From the NCBI GenBank assembly GCA_011372505.1, contig DRSQ01000066.1:1-52122 (forward strand): a stretch of DNA of 52,122 nucleotides. The letters run 5' to 3'. The notes beneath the pieces are model-generated. The model made no database searches. It saw only the letters and a program-made list of their open reading frames with translations, and was not told the DNA's origin. Positions 46,617 to 52,122 of this stretch are shown in pieces (the stretch's first letter is position 1; the number at the start of each line of letters is the position of its first letter). This DNA is from Chlorobaculum parvum. GTDB taxonomy: Bacteria > Bacteroidota > Chlorobiia > Chlorobiales > Chlorobiaceae. Both the position numbers and the translations under genes were made by a program.

Positions 46617-47468
46617 TCAGGCCGTGACGATATGCCGCTTAATGCCAAGCTGCCGCTCGGAGTAACCGAGAGCAAGGCCCACCATTTCAGAGAGATGATA
46701 GACCGGAATCGAGCCTTTCAGGTTGTTCTGCTTGAGCGCCTTGGCCTGGTAGCCGTCGAGCACCGTGTGGCAGAGCGGACAGGGGGTGACGATGAAGTCG
46801 GCCCTCTCGTCCATCGCCTCTTCGAGCGCCTCGGCAGCCACGTTCAGCGACTCCTCCTCGGCCACCAGCAGCGTGTGGAATCCGCAGCAACGGTTCTTGT
46901 GCTCGTAGGGAATCGACTTGCCCCCCAGCGCCTTGAGCAACTGGTCGAGGGAGGTCGGTTCGAGCGGGTTATCCTTGCCAAGCACACTTGACGGGCGGAG
47001 GATGTGGCAGCCGTAGAATGGCGCGATCCTCTTCTTGGTCAGCGGAGTTTTCACCTTCTTGCGAATCACGTCGAGGCCAACGTCGTCGATCAGCACCCAG
47101 AGCAGGTGGCGCACATCGGAGGTGCCGCGATATTCGAGCCCCTCCTGCTTGAGAACTTCGTTGACTTCGGCCCTCAGCTCGGAGGACTCGTCGAGTTTCT
47201 TTTTAGCGGTTCTGATGGTCATCAGGCAGGTGTTGCAACTGACGATCAGGTCGAGGCCCTGCTTTTCGGCCAAGGCGATATTACGGGCATTGACCAGCGC
47301 GAACTCCCTCGGATCCACGTAGTCGAGGTTGCTGCCGCCGCAGCAAGCGCTTTCGTGCAACTTGACCATTTCAATGCCAAGATCATGCTGCCAGAGGTCG
47401 ATCGAACGATCCACCTCACGGGTCATCGCCTCGTTGATGCAGCTCTGATAGTAAGCGTAACGCTTCAT
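46617..47468 (-). CDS. CCG-domain (HdrB-like / SdhE-type) anchor subunit of succinate dehydrogenase/fumarate reductase
   Basis: Two CCG motifs (SACCGG, RCCGF), CNTC, FYGCH, CPLC. Confidence 0.92.
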   Translation of the reverse strand: MKRYAYYQSCINEAMTREVDRSIDLWQHDLGIEMVKLHESACCGGSNLDYVDPREFALVNARNIALAEKQGLDLIVSCNTCLMTIRTAKKKLDESSELRAEVNEVLKQEGLEYRGTSDVRHLLWVLIDDVGLDVIRKKVKTPLTKKRIAPFYGCHILRPSSVLGKDNPLEPTSLDQLLKALGGKSIPYEHKNRCCGFHTLLVAEEESLNVAAEALEEAMDERADFIVTPCPLCHTVLDGYQAKALKQNNLKGSIPVYHLSEMVGLALGYSERQLGIKRHIVTA

Positions 47469-47484
47469 ACTGCTTGTTCTCCGA

Positions 47485-48513
47485 TTATTTTTTGTGATCC
47501 TTCTTCGTCACATGGCTCGCCATCTCCTTCAGCTCCTTCTGCAGGGACTGAATGCCTTTCGAGGCCTTGACCATCGGCGGCGGCGGCGGAGTGCGGCGTT
47601 TGAGTATCATCTTGAAGGCCATCGGCAGGAGATTTTTGAGCGTCCATGCCAGACCGTTGGTTCTGATCGGCAGAGTCGCCTCGACCAGTTTGCCCTTCTT
47701 CTCGATGTCATCCTTGAAGGCTTCGGCGTGACGCGCACCACTGGTATCCTTGGTGCCGCGACGCTCGATGGCGTCCTCGCGAATGCCGTGGATTGCATCC
47801 ATGATCGGGATGTTCTTGACGCAGGTCTCCTGGCAGCGGTAGCAGTGGGTGCAGTCCCAGACACCGTGATCGTTGACCAGACCGGCAAGGCGCTGGTCGT
47901 GAATACCGTCGCGGGTGTCGGCGTTCATGCGGTGCGACTTGAGCAGCACCACCGGAGAGACATACTCCTTGTGCGCCCGGAGAATGGTGCACTCCGAAAC
48001 GCACGATGCGCACAGAATGCAGTCGGTCGCCTTGTCGTACTTCGAGAACTCCTCCTCGGAGATGAGAAACTCCTTCTTGCCCCACTCCTCTTCGGGCATT
48101 CTGGAGTCAACCCAGTTGGAGTACTTCTTCATCTTGCCGACCAGCGGATCCATCTCCACGACCAGATCCTTGATCAGCGGAAGGTTCCTGAGTGGCTCGA
48201 TAGTGATGACGCCGGGCTCACGGGCCTTGTCAAGCTCATCCCACACCTGTGTGGTGCAGGCCAGCTTCGAAATACGGTTGATCCTCATGGAACAGGAGCC
48301 GCAGATGCCGGCCTGGCAGAACGCCCTGAAGGTCAGCGTCGAATCGACATGCTCCTTGATATAGTTGAGAGCCCTGAGCACGGTGATACCCTTTTCAAGC
48401 TTGATCGTGTAGTCATCGAAATAGGGCTTGCTATCCACCTGGGGATTGAACCGGTGCACCCTGAAGGTGACGTCCCGACTCTCCTCATGATGCTGTATCG
48501 TAGAATCGCTCAT
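47485..48513 (-). CDS. sdhB: Succinate dehydrogenase/fumarate reductase iron-sulfur subunit
   Basis: CQAGICGSC, CILCASCVSEC, CTHCYRCQETC. Confidence 0.95.
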   Translation of the reverse strand: MSDSTIQHHEESRDVTFRVHRFNPQVDSKPYFDDYTIKLEKGITVLRALNYIKEHVDSTLTFRAFCQAGICGSCSMRINRISKLACTTQVWDELDKAREPGVITIEPLRNLPLIKDLVVEMDPLVGKMKKYSNWVDSRMPEEEWGKKEFLISEEEFSKYDKATDCILCASCVSECTILRAHKEYVSPVVLLKSHRMNADTRDGIHDQRLAGLVNDHGVWDCTHCYRCQETCVKNIPIMDAIHGIREDAIERRGTKDTSGARHAEAFKDDIEKKGKLVEATLPIRTNGLAWTLKNLLPMAFKMILKRRTPPPPPMVKASKGIQSLQKELKEMASHVTKKDHKK

Positions 48514-48527
48514 TGAATATCCTTCGG

Positions 48528-50231
48528 TTAATAGGTTCGTTCCTGAAGCTCATACTTGCCCATCGTGACCTCTTTGAAGCCGATCTTCGGATGACCGCCT
48601 TCAAGAGTGTAAGTGGTGTGCTTGTGCCACTTTTCATCGTCACGCTTCGGAAAGTCTGTCCTGGTATGCGAGCCCCGGCTCTCCTCGCGGGCGAGCGCGC
48701 CATAAGCCACCGTGTCGGCCAGGTCGAGCATGTTCCTCAGTTCGAGCACCTGCGTCAGGTTGGTGTTGAAAGTATCACCCGTATCGAACACCCTGACGTG
48801 CTTGAAGCGCTCCTTGAGGCTGTCGATCTCTTCGATGCCTTTCTTGATCTTCTCCTCGATACGGAAGATGCCGACGTTCAGGGCGAGGGTCTGGCCAAGC
48901 TCTTCACGCAGCGTGCCGTAGCGCTCGTAGTGCCCCTTCGGCTGCATGTAGGCTCTGATCTCCTGCTCTTTTTCATCCACCTCCGACTGCGTGATGGTGG
49001 CCGGATTGAAGTTGCGCGCCTCCTCGGCGGCGGTGCGTCCGGCGATGCGGCCAAAGACGAGGATGTCGAGCAGCGAGTTACCGCCGAGGCGGTTGGCGCC
49101 GTGCACCGAAACGCAGCCGCACTCACCGGCAGCATACACGCCCTCCATGATGGTGCGTCCCTGGTTGTCGGTGTCGATACCGCCCATCGAGTAGTGGGCC
49201 GTCGGGCGGATCGGGATCGGCTCGTCGATCGGATCGACGCCCTCGAAGTACATGCACATTTCGCGAATCTGCGGCAGGCGCGACTTGATGAGGTCGGCAC
49301 CGAGATGGCGCAGGTCGAGGTGCATGTATTTACCGGCGGGGCTGTCAAAGCCGCGCCCTTCGAGAATTTCGGTTTCGATGGAGCGGGAAACCAGGTCACG
49401 CGGGCCAAGCTCCATCTTGGTCGGAGCGTAGCGCGACATGAAGCGCTCACCGTCGATGTTCACCAGGTAGCCACCCTCGCCGCGTGCGCCCTCGGTCACG
49501 AGAAGACCGCTCTTGCGCAAACCGGTCGGGTGGAACTGCACGAACTCCATATCCTTGAGCGGAATACCCGCGCGGTAGGCGATGGCCTGACCGTCGCCGG
49601 AGTTGCCCGCTGCGTTGCTGGAGCGGTTCCAGTACATCTTGGCGTAGCCGCCGGTTGCGAAAATGACCGTGCGCGCCGGGAACGCCTCGACCTTGCCGGT
49701 CTTCATGTTCATGGCGATCAGGCCGCGCGAACGGCTGCCGTCGTGGACGAGATCGAGCGCGAAATATTCGTTGAAGAAGAAGACCCCTTTGCGCAGGCAC
49801 TGTTCGTAGAGGGTCTGGAGAATGGTGTGCCCCGTCTTGTCGGCGCAGTAACAGCAGCGCGGACGGCCCGCTCCTCCGAAGGGGCGCTGGGCGATGGTCT
49901 TGTCGTCGAGCCTCGACCACGGCGTTCCCATGTTCTCGAGTTCGCGGATAATCTTGGGAGCCTCGGAGCAGAGCACCTCGACGGCATCCTGGTCGGCCAG
50001 ATAGTCGCTGCCCTTGATGGTATCGAAGATGTGCATGTCAACGCTGTCATCCTTGGCCGTGTTGGCCAGGGCCGCATTCGCGCCACCCTGTGCGGCAGAG
50101 GTATGAGAGCGGTTCGGATAGACCTTCGAAAGCACGGCGATGTTCAGACCTGGATTGGTCTTCATGGCTTCCATAGCCGCGTAAAGGCCGGCACCGCCAC
50201 CGCCGACGATGACGATATCAAATGGTTTCAT
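48528..50231 (-). CDS. sdhA: Succinate dehydrogenase/fumarate reductase flavoprotein subunit
   Basis: GGGGAG, RSHTSAAQGG (FAD-linked His), QFHPT, HGANRLGGNSL; ATG at 50231. Confidence 0.96.
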   Translation of the reverse strand: MKPFDIVIVGGGGAGLYAAMEAMKTNPGLNIAVLSKVYPNRSHTSAAQGGANAALANTAKDDSVDMHIFDTIKGSDYLADQDAVEVLCSEAPKIIRELENMGTPWSRLDDKTIAQRPFGGAGRPRCCYCADKTGHTILQTLYEQCLRKGVFFFNEYFALDLVHDGSRSRGLIAMNMKTGKVEAFPARTVIFATGGYAKMYWNRSSNAAGNSGDGQAIAYRAGIPLKDMEFVQFHPTGLRKSGLLVTEGARGEGGYLVNIDGERFMSRYAPTKMELGPRDLVSRSIETEILEGRGFDSPAGKYMHLDLRHLGADLIKSRLPQIREMCMYFEGVDPIDEPIPIRPTAHYSMGGIDTDNQGRTIMEGVYAAGECGCVSVHGANRLGGNSLLDILVFGRIAGRTAAEEARNFNPATITQSEVDEKEQEIRAYMQPKGHYERYGTLREELGQTLALNVGIFRIEEKIKKGIEEIDSLKERFKHVRVFDTGDTFNTNLTQVLELRNMLDLADTVAYGALAREESRGSHTRTDFPKRDDEKWHKHTTYTLEGGHPKIGFKEVTMGKYELQERTY

Positions 50232-50348
50232 AGACAATCGGAATTCCTTGCACATCCACCTCGCGGCAGACCTGCTGGTTGGAAAAAGGGTTCACCCTCC
50301 TCACGGAGTTTGCGTTTTCGCGAGGAGGACGATCAGCGACAGGAAGCG

Positions 50349-50795
50349 TTACAGGGCGACGTTATCGTCATGCACCGGGAGTTCCTCGACGGCATGCAGC
50401 ACGTCAGCCATGTTGAGCACGCCGATCACCTTGTTGTTGTCCATGACGGTGAGCCGCCTGACATTGGTGCGCTTCATCAGACGCAGTGCGTATTTGACCC
50501 TCATGCCGGGATTGACGCTGATGATGGGCTTGCTCATGATCTGGAAAACCGGAGTGTTCCAGGGATCACGATGCACATCTTCGCCGGGATCGATCACCTT
50601 TTCGAGAATATCCTTTTCGGTCACGATGCCGTAGCAGTCATCTCCGTTGCGCGGTAAAACCACAAGTCCGCTCTCATTGGTCTTTTTCATGAGCTGCAGA
50701 GCTTCAGCCACCGTTGAGCTACCCTTGATGGTGTGGAAATCCTTCTGCATGAGGTCGGAAACCGGTTGGGTTCTTAAAGTAATGAGCTGGTCCAT
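50349..50795 (-). CDS. Stand-alone tandem CBS-domain protein
   Basis: VSDLM...TVAEALQLM...YGIVTEKDI...IMSKPIISV...IGVLNMADV; ATG at 50795. Confidence 0.9.
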   Translation of the reverse strand: MDQLITLRTQPVSDLMQKDFHTIKGSSTVAEALQLMKKTNESGLVVLPRNGDDCYGIVTEKDILEKVIDPGEDVHRDPWNTPVFQIMSKPIISVNPGMRVKYALRLMKRTNVRRLTVMDNNKVIGVLNMADVLHAVEELPVHDDNVAL

Positions 50796-50940
50796 GTCGA
50801 TATTCTCTCGTTTGAAAAGGACAGATGTCCCGTTACTGATCGTTACTGTTGCTTGAAACTGATAGCGCAGAAGCCACAAAAAAGTGTTCTGACGCAGGGC
50901 AGGCATGCTTCGGCAAAGAAAGCCCCAAAAAAAAGCATTG

Positions 50941-50965
50941 TCCTGTAATATAATCCATTACAGGA
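50941..50965. terminator. Hairpin after the MBL hydrolase gene (terminator or operator)
   Basis: tcctgtaat-N7-attacagga; a T8 tract lies 6 nt downstream on the minus strand. Confidence 0.5.
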
Positions 50966-50991
50966 TGAAAAATCAAATAAACGGGGAAAAA

Positions 50992-51639
50992 TCAGGCGAT
51001 GCCGTGCGCTTTTTTGTAGGCGGCCCAGTTGGCTTTGAGGTCAATGAAGGCCTCGACGTCGGGCTGAAGCAGGAAGGGGTTGGCTGTTTTCTCCTCGCCG
51101 ATGGTCGAAAAGGGACGCACGCCGTAGTCGTGTCCGAGATACACGCGAGTCTCGTCGGGCAGGGCCATCACTCGCTCGTGCAGAGAACGGTACTCCTGCC
51201 GGGACTCCTCGTCGCTCCAGGTGCCACCGACCTTGCCGACAAAGAGCGTGTCGCCTGTAAAAAGGGCGCTACCAGCGTGAATACAGATAGCGTCCGGCGT
51301 ATGACCGGGCGTGTGAAGGATGGAAATCGTACTGTCACCAAGCGGAAAGGCCGCGCCGTGCTGAACGGCGATGCCGGTGAGTGGACAGCGATCACCGTAA
51401 AGCAATACTCTGAGGCAGGTCAGGCGCTCAAACTCGTCGTTGCCGTTGGTGTGGTCGCTGTGGCCGTGCGTCGCAAAAGCGTAGCCGAGCTTCCACCCCT
51501 TGCGGGCAGCGGCATCGACCAGTACTGCGGGAGAAAAGGAGGGATCGACGGCAAAGGCCGCCCCCGTCGCCTCATCGGCGCAGAGGTAACCGAAGTTACG
51601 ATCCCCTCCGGTTCTGATCTGTTCGACCAGCACTCCCAC
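50992..51639 (-). CDS. MBL-fold metallo-hydrolase (glyoxalase II / persulfide dioxygenase-like)
   Basis: THGHSDH, HTPGHT, FTGDTLF, GHDY, STIGEEK..NPFL. Confidence 0.92.
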   Translation of the reverse strand: MGVLVEQIRTGGDRNFGYLCADEATGAAFAVDPSFSPAVLVDAAARKGWKLGYAFATHGHSDHTNGNDEFERLTCLRVLLYGDRCPLTGIAVQHGAAFPLGDSTISILHTPGHTPDAICIHAGSALFTGDTLFVGKVGGTWSDEESRQEYRSLHERVMALPDETRVYLGHDYGVRPFSTIGEEKTANPFLLQPDVEAFIDLKANWAAYKKAHGIA

Positions 51640-51650
51640 GGCGGCGCTCC

Positions 51651-51959
51651 TCAGGCGGTCTTTTCGACGTTCATGAGGAAAGCTCTGGCCGGAAAATTCG
51701 GATCGACAGCGATCGGCTTGCTCTCAAGCTCCTCCATGATCGAGACCGCTTTGTCGTCGTCGAGAATGGCAAAGCAGAGCGAAGAGTAGGCGCCAATCGA
51801 CTCGTCCGATGGCCACCAAGACTGGTTTTCGAAATCCGGGGGCTGGCAGTTACAGCCCCGGATAGAGATGTTGCTGAACATATGGACCCTGTGCTTCCGG
51901 AAAAGCTCCCGAACCAGCGGGCGGGTCTCTTCATGGCCCATGACGGCAAGAAATTTCAT
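51651..51959 (-). CDS. Small PII-like (GlnB-fold) protein
   Basis: 102 aa with a PII-like pattern (beta-alpha start, I-R-G before the loop, C-terminal RAFLMNVEKT); fold assignment is inferred. Confidence 0.6.
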   Translation of the reverse strand: MKFLAVMGHEETRPLVRELFRKHRVHMFSNISIRGCNCQPPDFENQSWWPSDESIGAYSSLCFAILDDDKAVSIMEELESKPIAVDPNFPARAFLMNVEKTA

Positions 51960-51972
51960 CGTGTTTTCTCCG

Positions 51973-52122
51973 CTATGATTTGTTTCGTTTTTCAATCATG
52001 TAGTAAACCAGCGGCACCACCACGAGCGTCAGCACTGTGGAGAGCACGCCGCCCCAGATCATCGAGATGGCCAGCCCCTGGAAGATCGGGTCGAAGAGCA
52101 TCACGATAGAACCGGTAACCAC
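51973..52122 (-). CDS. RND efflux transporter permease (AcrB/CzcA family), C-terminal end only
   Basis: Hand translation [49 protein letters not shown], the typical last TM helix of RND pumps. Confidence 0.9.
   Translation of the reverse strand: MVTGSIVMLFDPIFQGLAISMIWGGVLSTVLTLVVVPLVYYMIEKRNKS

Overview
Chromosomal segment of a green sulfur bacterium (Chlorobiaceae, Chlorobaculum-like), identified by the type-I homodimeric reaction-centre genes pscA-pscB. From about 2.2 kb onward it is mostly core genome: tRNA cluster-secE-nusG-rplKAJL-rpoBC, SDR/ispG/ftsB/eno, an EF-G paralogue, a GT2, pscAB, dapF, amrS-amrB, FMN-riboswitch-controlled ribB, rubredoxin, mtgA, cytochrome c, tRNA-Arg, mutL, cinA, thrA, atpAG, thrBC, plsC, ribH, gmhA, hemE, a CCG-anchored succinate dehydrogenase/fumarate reductase, a CBS protein, and the end of an RND-pump / PII-like / MBL-hydrolase cluster. 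The first ~2.2 kb is a lower-GC accessory edge. It holds the start of a secreted SLBB-domain (polysaccharide export-type) gene missing from the ORF track, and a ~240-nt multi-stem candidate RNA with a repeated UUUCAC loop upstream of it. That RNA is bracketed by two inverted copies of a ~140-bp palindromic MITE, followed by an IS481-family transposase remnant fused tail-to-tail with a truncated response regulator. The best novelty candidates are this structured leader region and the RND/PII-like/MBL cluster. All calls were made by eye, with no database search or folding program.
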